Made by a program: the position numbers and the translations under genes. Positions 47,963 through 60,157 of a stretch of DNA of 64,000 nt are shown piece by piece (the stretch's first letter is position 1; each line of letters begins with the position of its first letter). The notes under the pieces were generated by a model, which did not search any database, was not told the DNA's origin, and worked only from the letters and a program-made list of their open reading frames with translations. Source of the DNA: Gekko japonicus (lineage: Eukaryota); assembly GCF_001447785.1 (NCBI RefSeq), contig NW_015173673.1, positions 849,214 through 913,213 of the forward strand, in the 5' to 3' direction.

Positions 47963-50900
47963 TAGGGATGGGCACAAACGTCGTCATGAACCTAATTTCA
48001 TCACGAACATCGTCCTGTTCATGAGCCAAGGGTCATGCATTGCATCTGCAATGAACCTCCCACAAACGCTTATGGTTTTTACGGAGGTTCATGTGGTTTG
48101 TGTTGGCTGTTTGTGTGACAGACATGTTGGTGCCAATCAATTAATCATCAAAGCAACAGGAGAGATGGATTACTGCAGCTCTGAAAACACCAATAGTAAC
48201 CTCCAAACACCAAACAAAAATGGCCCTTGTGGGACCCAAGGGTGTGGAGGAAAGTGTGAAAGATGCCCGGTTAGGGGTGGAAGGAGATGAGGGAGAGGTG
48301 GAGGAGGGGTGCATGCTGTCGGCGGCACATGAGAGAGCGGAGTCAGAGATCCGAGGCTTGGAGGAGAAAGGGGAAGGCAGTCTCCTTTTTACAGAAGCGG
48401 CAGGAACTTTGGGAAACTGTATCATGGGGCAGTCAGAGGGAGGCTGGCAGATGAGACCAGGCCACAGAGGGGGACCCCAGGCAGTCTGGAAGTCGAGGAT
48501 CGAAGGGTCAGACGGAAAAGGAGGGTGATCTTTTGATAGAAGTGGCAGGAGTCCTGGGAAACCGGCCGGTGGGGCAGTCAGAGGGAGGCTGGCAGATGAG
48601 GCCAGGCAAAAAATGGGGATCCCAGGAGGCCTGGAAGTTGAGGATCAGAGGGTCACAAGGAGAAGGGGGTGATCTCCCTTTTATGTAAGCAGCGGGAGTT
48701 CTGGGAAATGGCCAGTGGAGCACTGTGGCAGAATTTGGGTTTGAATGAGCCTGGGACTTTACTCTATACATATTATGTAGTTTTTTCTATAACTGACATT
48801 TGTTTCTTGGTTCTGAAGAACCATAAACCTTTGCTCTTTTGCTGGCAGCCTAGGTGTTAAAGTTAATGACTTGCCTTGCAGATGTACCTTTGCTCGAATT
48901 CGTATCTGACATTCTCTGGCCTCCAAGTGCCAGGCTTCAAAGCCTAAACATTTCTGATATTGCAGTTAATAAAATATGTCTGGGCAAAAGTTCGTCTTTT
49001 TTTTTTAATAAATTTTTTATTGAGTTTCAACATGTAAATCTATAAACACAAAAAACAAAACAAATAACCAGACATACAACCATATAAAACAGATATCCCA
49101 AATATCTCCAGCTGTCCTCAGTATTACTAACAATGTTAATTTCTGTATCACAATAGTTATATTTAACATACATCACCTACATATATTAAGTTCTTTGTCC
49201 CTTCCATCATTTCCATTTATCATCAGCTCTTTTTCCAGCAAATTTAGTTAAATATGTTCATTACTTCTGAACTAGAAGACAGTTGATAAATAATAAAAAT
49301 AATCGTCTCTTAATACTAGATCAAACTTAGTCTCCATATTGTTACAGAAGTTGGATTACATTTATTGAATTTCATTAAACCTATGAAATTATAATCCAAC
49401 TTTTAATCAGAACTCAATGCGCGATACAAAGAGGGAGTATCTCAGCAACTAGGTGCTTCCTGGAATTTTCACACGACTGCCTATTTGCATGGCATAGGTA
49501 CATAAGAAGGAAGTTCTTCTAGCCAAACAATATCCACATTTTCCTGGCACAGAAATTTAAAAGAAACTAAGTAATTCCAGCAGGTTTAATCCTATTCTTT
49601 TCCTAGATTTTCATCACATATAGACCCCAACCCCTAATCATATCCATGAGTTACCTAGTCTTCTTGCAGAGTCTTCATTTTAGAATCCTATTTTTAAGAG
49701 CAATTTTTAAACAAACCATTTCAATACATATTTTACAGTCATGTTGTTGAGCCAATATATCTATTAATTAAATGTAGAGAAGAAAGATCTATATAACATA
49801 TTTTGTTAGCCCCCAGTTCTGTTTCTTTTTTTATCTCATTTTTCCTGCTTTCTTGCAGATGTCTTGGAGTTTTGTATTCCTTGGGGGAGGGTCCCCCCGA
49901 GTCTTTCCCTTGTTTGTAATTCTTTGTCTTCTTGGTCTCACTCCTTAGTCTACCTTTCCTCAGTACTTTCTTCTTTCTTCTTAAAAACTTAGTCCTCCTT
50001 TTCCCCTCCTTGACTATTTTAAAGTTTTCTACAAAAAAAGCCCTGCATATAATGTTGAACATAGTTGATTTAAAAAAAAATCGTGTTGCCCAACTGTTTT
50101 TCCCCATGCAGTCCTGCAGGAAGATTGGACCGCTAAACTATTGGTCAGCTTTTGGTCAATCATTTTGTTTGAAAGTTTGAGATGATGCTGTACTTCAGCA
50201 TGATCAGTTTAAATTATACTTTAGTAAATAAACCCCAAGGTTTGAAACTTCAGTCGTATGAATTTCATGTTCCATAATAGTTGTCAGCTTCTATGGTTAT
50301 CCCTGTGCTGTGCATCCAGTATAGAATTGTGCTCCCCTTACATAAAGTTTCTGCTTTCCTCCAGATTATAAAGTAGACTAATGTAACGGGGAAATAGTAC
50401 ATAAATCTGAATTTTTAGGTTTTCTTTGACATCTGGATAACAGGTGACATCACAAAAAATGTATCAATAAATATGCATTGGTGGCTTGTTTCCCACTACA
50501 CTTCCAGGAGAGCATATGTTGAAAGTGCCTAAACATTACCTGCTGTCTGACGAATGCTTAGGTCTATAATTTTCTTTTTTATAATATATTTATTAGGTTT
50601 TTAAACATAATAGGACAAACATATTTTATATCATAACACGTTTCTTTTTTGTAGGGTAACTTTAGGGGAATCACTGTTTCCCATCTCTTCATCTGTCGAG
50701 GTTTGAGTGTCACATTGCAACACAGAGTGTTCTTCCTCCAACTTCTCTCCATAGTTGTCATTTTGAGCCTGAGTTTTTTGTAGTGGCGTATTTGTATTTT
50801 TATTGTCATCTATAAAAATATCTGAAGGTTCTTTCAAGATTTTAGTCCATGCCTGCTGTAATGCTTGTTCCAATTTCTCCTTTAAAATTTGTTGAAAGCG

Positions 50901-52300
50901 CTCTGAGTTCAATTCGGCTTTAATTGCCTCGGTAACGAGCGCCGCCGCCATTTCCTCTTAGCCAGTTAATTGATTTCCCTTATCGTTGTTACGAAAATTT
51001 TTCAAAGTCTTTGCTTATTCTGATTATCAACTGTAGATATAAGTTAAGAACTGATAGATCCAGAAGTAAAGGTTTATTCTCTTACCCCTTCAGATGCTTA
51101 TATTATAGAGTCCTTCCTATTTAATACTTTCACTATTATTGCCTTTTAATTATGAATAGAACATTCAACAAACAGTTCACATTATTATAACCTTCTCATA
51201 GTCCCGGCCGCTTTCTTCATGCCAATAGGAAATCCGGGGAAAAAAGGGGGTAAGATCCTCTTCTCAAAGGAGTATCAATTCGTAGGTCCACCGATCGAGG
51301 TGATATATAAAAAAAAAAAGAAAAGAGAAAAGACACCCGTGCACGAAAGATAGTTGTTAAAATCACGGCTGGCTGCTGCTGTAGAGAAACACGGCAGCCA
51401 TGTTCCCTGCTGCCCGTCGCTTCTGCTTCAGGGCGAGCCGGTCTCGCCCCCGCCCTTGCCATAGAAACGGAGGGGCCGGCCAAGCCTCATGCCCTCGCTC
51501 TCCCTCCAGGAGAGGCGAGCAGAGCTCCCTCGAGCTTCGGGGGGCTCCGAAAAAGCGCACCGGAGAGGGCCGTCCTCGGGAGCTCCGAGAGACGCGCCCT
51601 GGCGCAGCGCTGCAGCGCCGGAAGACCTGGGCAAAAGTTCATCTTATCAACTTAGGATGGGCTGGTATCTGGCAAGTCTGGTATATTTTTTAATTGACTC
51701 CTCTCTTGGTTCCTATTGGCTGAAAAGAGTATAAAAAGATGGGTTTAGGCTTTGTTTTAGGCTGTTTGGCCAGCACCCCACCTAGGCTTGAGTGGGGTCT
51801 TGGTCCACTGTCCAGGAGTTTTCCTTGTTCTTTCTGAAGTGTACACTATATCGAGTATTGGGATTCTCTATATGCTATTGGGTATTGATATTGAATATAT
51901 GCTACCAGGCATAACTTGTGTATGGTTTTAGAATTAATAAATTCCCTAGCCAGACTCCACCCACCCATAGAAAAGAACCTTAATGGGGTTGGGGTTCCCA
52001 GGCAAAGGCCTGGACCCCTAAAATTCCCCTACAAGCAGTCAGAGGAAGACCAGCAGATGAAGCCTGGCCAAAAAGGGGGACCGAGGGAGACCTAGAAGTC
52101 GAGGACCACAAGGTTGGAAGGAAAAGGTGGGATCTCTCAGAAGAGGAGAATCAGCTGGAGACTCGCTGCAAGTTGGGGGAACATTCTACTGCATCACAAA
52201 CCTCACAAAGCCAAGTGGTTCAGTAAACGGGAAGGTTCATAGTTGACACAAACCATGAACTGGGATGAACCTCTGTTTTCTCAGTTTGTGCCCATCCCCA
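47963..52300. mobile_element. hAT-like non-autonomous element A (~1.7 kb native, split by the 2.6-kb retroposon)
   Basis: TIR TAGGGATGGGCACAAAC ... GTTTGTGCCCATCCCCA, TSD gttaggat / gttgggat. Internal ~150-bp repeats (cagtcagagggaggctggcagatgag) on both sides of the insertion. Confidence 0.75.
48999..51626 (-). mobile_element. Full-length RT-less polyadenylated retroposon (HAL1-like / L1-mobilised) with a 106-aa ORF at 50631-50951
   Basis: 19-bp TSD CTGGGCAAAAGTTC(G/A)TCTT (48980-48998 / 51627-51645), poly(A) and AATAAA at the 3' end, CpG-rich 5' end, no EN or RT motifs seen. Confidence 0.75.
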
Positions 52301-52308
52301 GTTGGGAT

Positions 52309-53190
52309 TAGGGGTGTACACACAAAAAAATCGGTATTTTTCAGGTTTGTGTGTACCAAACCTGAAAAATATTGGTATATATTGATATTCCTAAATCCAA
52401 ATATCAGTATGATACTGGAATTCAGGAAATAATCGGTATTGCTCCCTTTACTTGGCAAGAAGCCATTAAACTCCTCAGTTTCTCTCCTCCCCCACCCTGG
52501 AGCGGGGGGAGCAAAAGGGAATGCTGAAATGGCTTTTTCCTATTTAAACCAAACAGCTCAGTGGGTCCGCCTGTCAGCTCATTGGTTTAAATGCCTTCCA
52601 TTCAGTTGTTGAAGTGTGCCGCCGCAGTGCGACTCAGGGAGGGTAGGGAAGGGAAGAAATTTAAAGAGACTGTGGTGTCTTTAAATGCCTTCCTTTCATT
52701 TGCTGAGGTGTGCCGCTGTGGGGTGACTTTCCTTCCCTCACCAAGTCACCTCATGGCGGTGGTGCCATGCCTCGGCAAGTGAAGGGAAGGCATTTAAAGC
52801 CTTCACTCGCTAAAGTGTGCCGCTGCTGCGGTGAAAAATATTGGTATATATTGATATTCCTGAATCCAAATATCAGTATGATACTGGAATTCAGGAAATA
52901 ATCGGTATTGCTCCCTTTACTTGGCAAGGTGAACTTGCGCCACTTCCGGGTTCCTCGTGTGTGGCTTGGCTTTGTAGCACCTGGAAGGTGGGTGAACTTA
53001 TGCCACTTTGGCCTAGTGAAGCTGAGCCCGAATAAAAGCTGAATAATACTGGCTTTTATTTGGGCTCAGCTAGATCAGTAACTGAATCACATTAGAAAAT
53101 CTGATTCGGCTGAATAAACACCTGAAGAATACCGATAAGGTGTTTTTCGGGTATGTGTTCAGCTCGGTATATACCAAGCACACATCCCTA
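52309..53190. mobile_element. hAT-like non-autonomous element B
   Basis: TIR TAGGG(G/A)TGT(A/G), TSD gttgggat / gttaggac. Internal ~95-bp direct repeat at 52363-52458 and 52832-52928. Confidence 0.75.
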
Positions 53191-53490
53191 GTTAGGACCC
53201 AATATGCTTGGTTGTATTAAGGAAAGAAGGAAATAGAGGTTAGAACCAAATATCTTTTAAAGGGCTATGGCCCAAATTAGCACTTTGCCTTTGTTAATAT
53301 CTTCAGATACTGTTTTTTTGTAGCTTTTAAAGTCTTACTTTTTCATGCAAACATGCTATAAAGAGGGACTAGAAGCTTCTGAATCTTACAAGCTAATCAT
53401 TTCAGTAATGTCTGTTCTCTTACTAGAATCAACCATTTTAATTACTTGTGGTTTGGTTTTTAGAACATGCAGAGAGACAGTGCAAAGCAT

Positions 53491-53650
53491 CAATGCTCCT
53501 TCTAAGCTGTGGAGTCTTGTGAGCAAAAATTCTACTTTGTGAGCTACTGGCGTTAAAGTTGTGAGTGAGCGAATTGGCTGCTGCATAAATTAGTTTGCTC
53601 TGGAGCCATCCTTCCTGAGCTAAGACAAAAATGTGTGAGCCGGAGGGTAA
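53491..53650 (-). mobile_element. Truncated hAT MITE of the 10719 family
   Basis: Homologous to 16446-16605. One end is missing. Confidence 0.8.
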
Positions 53651-54910
53651 TTTTTTCCAATTAGACATATATCATCAGCAGCAAACATTTCATACTGTTC
53701 ATATAGTTTAATCTGTCTCCTATAAGTCAATAGTCTGTTTTTTTGAAGTAACATGTATGCATGTCTTCTTTAATTGTGTGGAAAAAAATTTCTAGGTTCT
53801 TTCTTTGAACTTTCAACCATCTCAACTCCAGGTTTTTATTGTCCATCTTCCTACCACGATGTTTTTTCCTCTCTCTATCCGGTTTTTCTTGACCTATAAG
53901 GAAACATCTTTGTACATTCTTTTTTAGTGTCTCTGTTTTTTTTTAAATAAAAAGGCTTTGTTGGTTTCTTTCCCTTTATTTTAATTGGTGTAGCTTGAGA
54001 TTCGGGGCACCCTTTTGTTTGGTAACATCCTATGGTCTCTACGTCCCTCTGGATAAACTGTCCCTCATTTCCCTCTTTCCCAACTTGCATTTGTATCAGT
54101 GTTCCCTCTAAGCTGAGTTAGTGTGAGCTAGCTCACAATTTTTTAGCCTCTGGCTCACACATTTTTGTCTTGGCTCAGGAAGGAGGGCTCCAGAACAAAC
54201 TAATTGATGCAGCAGCCAAATCACCGGCTCACAACTTGAATGCCAGTCGCTCACAATATAGAATTTCTGCTCACAAGACTCCACAGCTTAGAGGGAACAT
54301 TGCTTGCAATTGTAAACTATATGTCATTTCTGTTAAATTTACACACTTCTTCTTTGTTTAGTATGGATTGGGACTCAATGCACTCTTCTATTTGATCCTC
54401 TTTCTTTATTTCTAATTGTGAATTATGTGTTGTTTCTAAAAAATTTGCGCAGGCTTTTTCAATACCCTTTTGAATCTGTTCTCTTAAAATCTTCAGGAAC
54501 TGTTCCACGGACAGATCTCCCACAATCATATTCTCATCCATTTCCTCCTCTTGTGTTACCAACGCCATTTTAATTACGCAGTTCAATTCAATTCACTCAA
54601 GCTCTTATAATCATTCAAAAGACATAGCATTTTTCCTGTCCATTTTTCATAATAAGTCCGTGCCAATTGAAAGAAATCCAGTTCGGCACAGCAACAGGCA
54701 GCTTTCGGTTCGTTCCAAGCCGCCTGACCCCTTTTCGCTCCTTTTGGAGCCTCCCGGATTCCGGGAGAGCTCCGCCAGACCTCCTGGAGAGAGGTCTGGA
54801 GTAGGGGGCTCTGTTTTGGCCCCTTCTGCAGCTGGCAAATGGGGGGGGTGTCCATTACTGCCCCAAAGCAGGAGCGGCTTGTGGGGGAGCAGATGGAGCC
54901 CATGTTCTAT
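53651..54910 (-). mobile_element. Second, diverged retroposon-like element with an ORF related to 50631-50951 (boundaries approximate)
   Basis: GC-rich hairpin-forming 5' region, ORF 54317-54586 with GDLSVEQFLKILREQIQKGIEKA, A-rich sense strand. No TSD found. Confidence 0.55.
54097..54302 (+). mobile_element. hAT MITE of the 10719 family nested in the second retroposon-like element
   Basis: Complete TIRs CAGTGTTCCCTCTAAGCTG ... CAGCTTAGAGGGAACATTG. Confidence 0.88.
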
Positions 54911-55372
54911 GCAGCCGCAGTCACCCATTTTAACTATGTTTGGATTTAAAATTCTAACTAATAACACAGAAGAAGCCCAAGAAGCAAATTTGTGAGTACA
55001 ACTACTTCTAATTTTGAAATAAAGAAAATTGATGGCGCTATTACCCCAAAATTATCTGCTCGTAAAGGAGAGGTTTAGTGGCCAGAAGATGATTAGGAGC
55101 GGCAGGAATATTTTCTGGAGTGTTTGCAACATTGGAGAACTTTTTCTTGTTTTTTCTTTCCATTGGCAGGTCTATAATTTTCAATGAATGTAGTATGAGC
55201 CACAAATGCCTGAATTGAAAGAAACAACTTAGGAAAGAAGTGGTACCTACCTGTTTTGTTTAAGTAACCGAGGCACAAAGATCAATTTCAGCTTCTGGCT
55301 GAGTAAAGATATATTGGTGCGCTGACAATATAGAATGGGATCAAGATAATGCCTTTGCACTTTATTTTAACA

Positions 55373-56281
55373 CTAGGAAAAAGTCCTGTTGTGGAAATAA
55401 ATACAACGACCTCCAGAAAGAGGCTCTGGGAGGGTACCCCGGCCTTGGACACTCAGTGTCAATTTGCTGTGGCAACCTCAGCAGGGTATAATGACACTGA
55501 GTCCACCATTTTCTCCAGAGGAACTGATCTCTGCTACATAAAGAACAGTTGTAATTTTGAGTGATCTCCAGCCCTCACCTGGAGATTGGCAACAATGGTT
55601 CCCCGGAAGGGAATGGTTGGTTTGGAGGGTGGAGTCTGTGGCTTTGTACCTGTCTGAGGTCCCACACCTCCTAAAACCTCACATCTCCAGGAATTTCCCA
55701 CCTGGAGTTGGCAACCCTATCTCCTTCCTAGCCAATCATCAACCTACCTTTATTTCCCCCTCCAGCTTTCCACCCCCCATGCACCTGCATCCTCTCCCAT
55801 GCTCTGAAGCCCTGACTGCTACGTCACATTGGCTGTCATATGGGGGCCATCTCAGCAGCATATAAGGATGCAGAGCCCACCATTTTCTCCAGGGGGACTG
55901 ATCTCTGCCATCTGGAAAGCAGTTGTAATTCTGAGTGATCTCCAGCCCTCACCTAGAGATTGGACACATTTTGCCTCAGAACAGCAAAACTGTTTAGAAT
56001 GTTAGAGGCAAAAGCCAATCAAGTCGCATATGCAAACGACCTCTGTGTTCCAAGGCAAAGGCCAATGAGGCTGCATATGCAAATAACCTCTGTGTTCTGA
56101 CTAGCTATGGTGGGGGAGACGAACAGCAAACTGTTTAGAATCTTGGAGGCGAGACTCAGGCAAAGCAGCCAGTGGATAGGGAGACCCTCTGAATGACAGA
56201 TCAGAGAGCGAACTGATTTTGGAGCGTGTGGAATGTTCTAGAGAAGTGCCGACACCATTCGGCTTTTATTTATAAGGGAGA
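55373..56281 (-). mobile_element. Non-autonomous Helitron copy 1
   Basis: On minus: 5' TCTCCCTTATAAATAAAAG, 3' hairpin then CTAG|T, no TSD. Colinear with 62203-63756. Confidence 0.75.
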
Positions 56282-56779
56282 ATGTTTTTTGCTAGCAGAA
56301 CTGCTTTTATTCTCAGTACATCTTCAGAACAGCTGCATTTTGACTAGATATCACCAATAGATTTGTTACAGACACATTGGCTTACTTGTGGTCAAGTGAG
56401 ATTCTTATACATTTGACTGCTCCACTCACATAGAGCGATTCTTCATCCAGGCCAGTATTTCAAACACTATTCAAGCAGTGTACTGCCTTGTGCTACGAAC
56501 AGCCATAAAGACCTGTCAGTGCTGATAGATCTTTATAATAGTTATAGTAGTGCAAGGAACAGTGCTGCTTGTTTTTGTTGTTGTATTTTTGTTTCAATGG
56601 GGGATAATTTTCCTCATATGTAGCAAACAAAACCCTGTTCTGAAGAGTTTTCCAACTCCCTGGAATCACTTGCTTGGGGTGCCAGTATGCCACAGGATCT
56701 TTGGAACCCAGTGCATTATTTCATTGTTTTGTTGACTGACTCATTTTGTTGACTGCTGATTGAATTGCCACCTGCCTAA

Positions 56780-57190
56780 TTAACTAGACATGTTTCTTGA
56801 GTGTTTACTCATTAAACTGACTCTATAAACCTACCCATCCACTCCAGTCTTCTTCAGAGGCCTTGCTTCAGGTTCCCTGGTGTCTGAGGCTAGACAGGTG
56901 GCAAACTAAGAAAGGGCCTTCTCACTCAGGGTGCCAAAACTATGGAACTCCCTCCCCAGGGGAATTATGTCTCCTTCTGTCATTGTCTTCCACCAGCGCA
57001 TGAAGACTGTTTTGTTTCATTTGGAATACCCCTCAGTAAACTATTGAGCCTCCTTCATGGCTGTGTGTGTTTGTATGTCTATGTTTTTATTGTCTTGCTA
57101 AATATATATACATCTTAAAAGTTGTCCTAATGCCTTGATGCTTGCCACCTTTAGGCACCCTATTTGAGTGGAAAGGAAGTGTATAAATGT
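56780..57190 (+). mobile_element. L2 3' fragment
   Basis: RAFS...PKLWNSLP motif (agggccttctc...ccaaaactatggaactccctccc) and L2-type tail. Confidence 0.65.
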
Positions 57191-57279
57191 TCTAAGATGA
57201 ACAGAGCTTGCATTGTAATATAAACTGATCTAAATATATTCAGATCAAGGATCCACACATTTTTATGTATGAGCCAGCC

Positions 57280-57962
57280 TGTCATGGACTCACCACGGTG
57301 TTGAATGGGAGAATGAGTCCTGGTCAGAGGAAAAGGACACCCTGTCCCTAAGCCCAATCTTGGCAGGTCCTTCCCGTGAGCCAGGTGTCTCGGGGCCTTC
57401 CTAAAGGGACCCTGAGCCAGGAGGCTTCTCGGGTCTGGAAGCCCTGGCATGGACCTGCCTATGACCAGACCCACCACAATCTCCTGAGGAACCCCAGAAG
57501 CAAAGGAGGCAAAGGGCTAGAGCGGAAGCATGGGCCATGCACCGGAGTACACTCCTGGCAGCTCACGGCCTCCCCTCTGCTAAGGAAATGCTGGAAGAAA
57601 TAGATAAGTCACTGCAGGACCTGGGCCCAAGTACTCCTCATGAGTAGAGGAGCTGACTCAGCTTGTAAAAAAGAGAGTCTAATGTGGGAACCAGTGGCGC
57701 CTGTAGGGAAGCTCCCTATATAAGGCTGCAGAGAAGTTGCAGCCAGTGGGATCAGTTTGTCTGCAGTCTTGCTGACTACCCCACCAGTTGTCTGAACTCC
57801 TTTGTATCCATTCTTATTACCTGACCCCTGGACTGCCTTCTTACTTGCCTTTGTGCTGTTGGTCTCTGGACTATGACTTTTGGACTGTGACCTGAGAGTA
57901 CCTGCTGTCAGACCCTGTGGTCACTGCAACTTGCTTCCTATTTGATGGCTAGGAGTTGGACA
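57280..57962 (+). mobile_element. Solo LTR (Gypsy-like, 683 bp)
   Basis: TGTCA ... GGACA termini, perfect 5-bp TSD CAGCC, TATA box ctatataagg at ~57716. Confidence 0.72.
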
Positions 57963-59945
57963 CAGCCATTATTTGTGGCTGATACCAGCAACTCCCCCCA
58001 TCATCACATGCCTGAGATCTGGTACTGTTGTAACTACCTACAAAAGCCTTAAAAATGAACCTCTCCCCATGCCGCCTGCCCAGTTGTTTGACTTTCTCTC
58101 ATGGCATTGAACAGAGCAATGGCTTAGTTTTCTTTTTGTGGCAGTTAGAGAAAGCAAGAAGCAATGTGATTTGTTCTTACTGCCTCCCCCGTTACTTGTG
58201 GAGATCCTGGAGTTCTTTAGAAGTTTATTCATAGTTCCTGAAAGAGAAAATCAATATCAGTCAAGCTTTCCCAGAAGATTGCTATCACTTAGACCTATTT
58301 TGTTGCTCTAATGGTATAAAATGCATAATGTATAATATGTATAATTGCATTAATATGCATTTTATAGGATTTAGATATATTATTTATTTATTTAATTAAT
58401 TTTATTTATATATAAATGCCTTAGTTTTCTACAAGCAAAAATGCAAATATTCCCAGTTGCAAACAGGTGTAAAGTGTCTTCAAGGGCAGACTGGATGGCA
58501 AAAGTGGTCTTTGAAAAGGGCCCCAGCCCTGCCCCCAACAAAGTGGGGGAGGATAAAAAGGAGGTCTGCACCTGTCCCACACATAGCTTGAGCCACCAGA
58601 TTATGTCTTTGCTGGCTCAATCCCACTCTGTGGGGAGGGAGAGCTCTGCAGGTCATTGGCACACTAGGACTTTTTCTGGTGGCATTAATGGTTGACTTAC
58701 CACACTTCATTCATCAAAAGAGAAAAAATATGTATGTTTCATACTGTAACAGACAGCGAATGGTTAATGCGTTATATTGGTATGAGAACCTTGATTGACA
58801 GGGAGTTCAAATGGAATTCTACAGCTGAGAGTGGCAGTTAGAACAATTGAATTCAGTTAGGAGTTGTTTAATCAGAGACAATGATTGAGAAAGGATCCTG
58901 AATTAGGGATGTGGGAAGGAAATAGCTCCTAGTAAAAGGGGGTGATCCTTATCAAGTGTTTAAGAAGGAAATTTGGAATGTGTGTATACTCTTGCCTTTA
59001 CAGACTTTAGTGATTTTATGACAAAGAAAAGTATGCCTGTTTGTTTAAGCAGTGACTTCCAAGAGATCTCTCTCCATATAACAAAACAGCTACTTTATTG
59101 TGACAAACTAGCTACTGTTTGTAATTATACAAAGTTACTTCATTCCTGTTGCCTGTTCACCTGCCAAATTTAAATCTGAAACCCTCGTTCACCTGCCAAA
59201 TTTAAATCTGAAACCTACCTGACTATTTCCCTTCAAAAGTGAAATAAAGCTGTTTGTTTTGAATTACTATCTTCCTCTCTTGGGCAATAATCTGACATAT
59301 ACAAAGTGTTCTTTTCAATTCCTCAGTTCCCTAGGCTGGGTCAGCATATATCTATATATACATTCAAACAACTGGGTAGGACAGACAGAAAAATGGAAAA
59401 CAAGAAAAAGGACCACTCAGCCAAGAAAAAGAAATGGGGAAGTAGAGAACCATTATACATACTAATTTTTAGCACTTCCCAAAAATTTCAATTGAAAATT
59501 GAAAAAAGTCCAAATGCTTTCATGCTGTATTCTGAATGAATGAAACATTGGCTTAAAAGTATTTTACTCGTTTCAAAAAAGAAAAAAATAGTGTTTCCCT
59601 CCCCATATTTTCCTTTCGCAAATTTGAATTTTAAAAAAGACCTGAAAGGGGTGGGGGGGGCGGATTCTGAGTCTCCGTATCTAGTACTATATACCTTATT
59701 TCTATCAGAATGAGCTTAGAAGCTGTATTGATAGTGGGTCACCCCTGTTCTAATTGTTTCATTCTCTGAATAAAATACTGGCTCATCTGCTGTCTTGCAG
59801 GGTTTTTGCCCCACTGTTGAAAGCTGATCCATGAGTGTATTCGTGCTTGCATCTCATCAATAATATGTTTGGAGAAACTTTCTATCAAGCATTGTAGAGC
59901 TTTAATAAATTACGATTAAGCTTACACATAAACAAAATGAGTTTT

Positions 59946-60157
59946 GTTGTTGTTGTTCAATCACACAGTCAAGTCCGACTCTTCATGACCCAATGAACCA
60001 CGTCACTCCAGGCCCTCCTGTCTTCCACCATCCTCCGGAGTTTGCTCAATCAGATGTTCGTTGCATCAATAACACTGACTAACCATCTCATCCTTTGCCA
60101 TCCCCTTCTTCTTTTACCTTCAGTGTTCCTTATCTTCAATCTTTCTCAGCATCAGGG
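59946..60157 (-). mobile_element. BovB/RTE 3' fragment
   Basis: Reverse-complement homolog of 45661-45863, (CAA)n tail, 9-bp TSD ATGAGTTTT. Confidence 0.88.
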
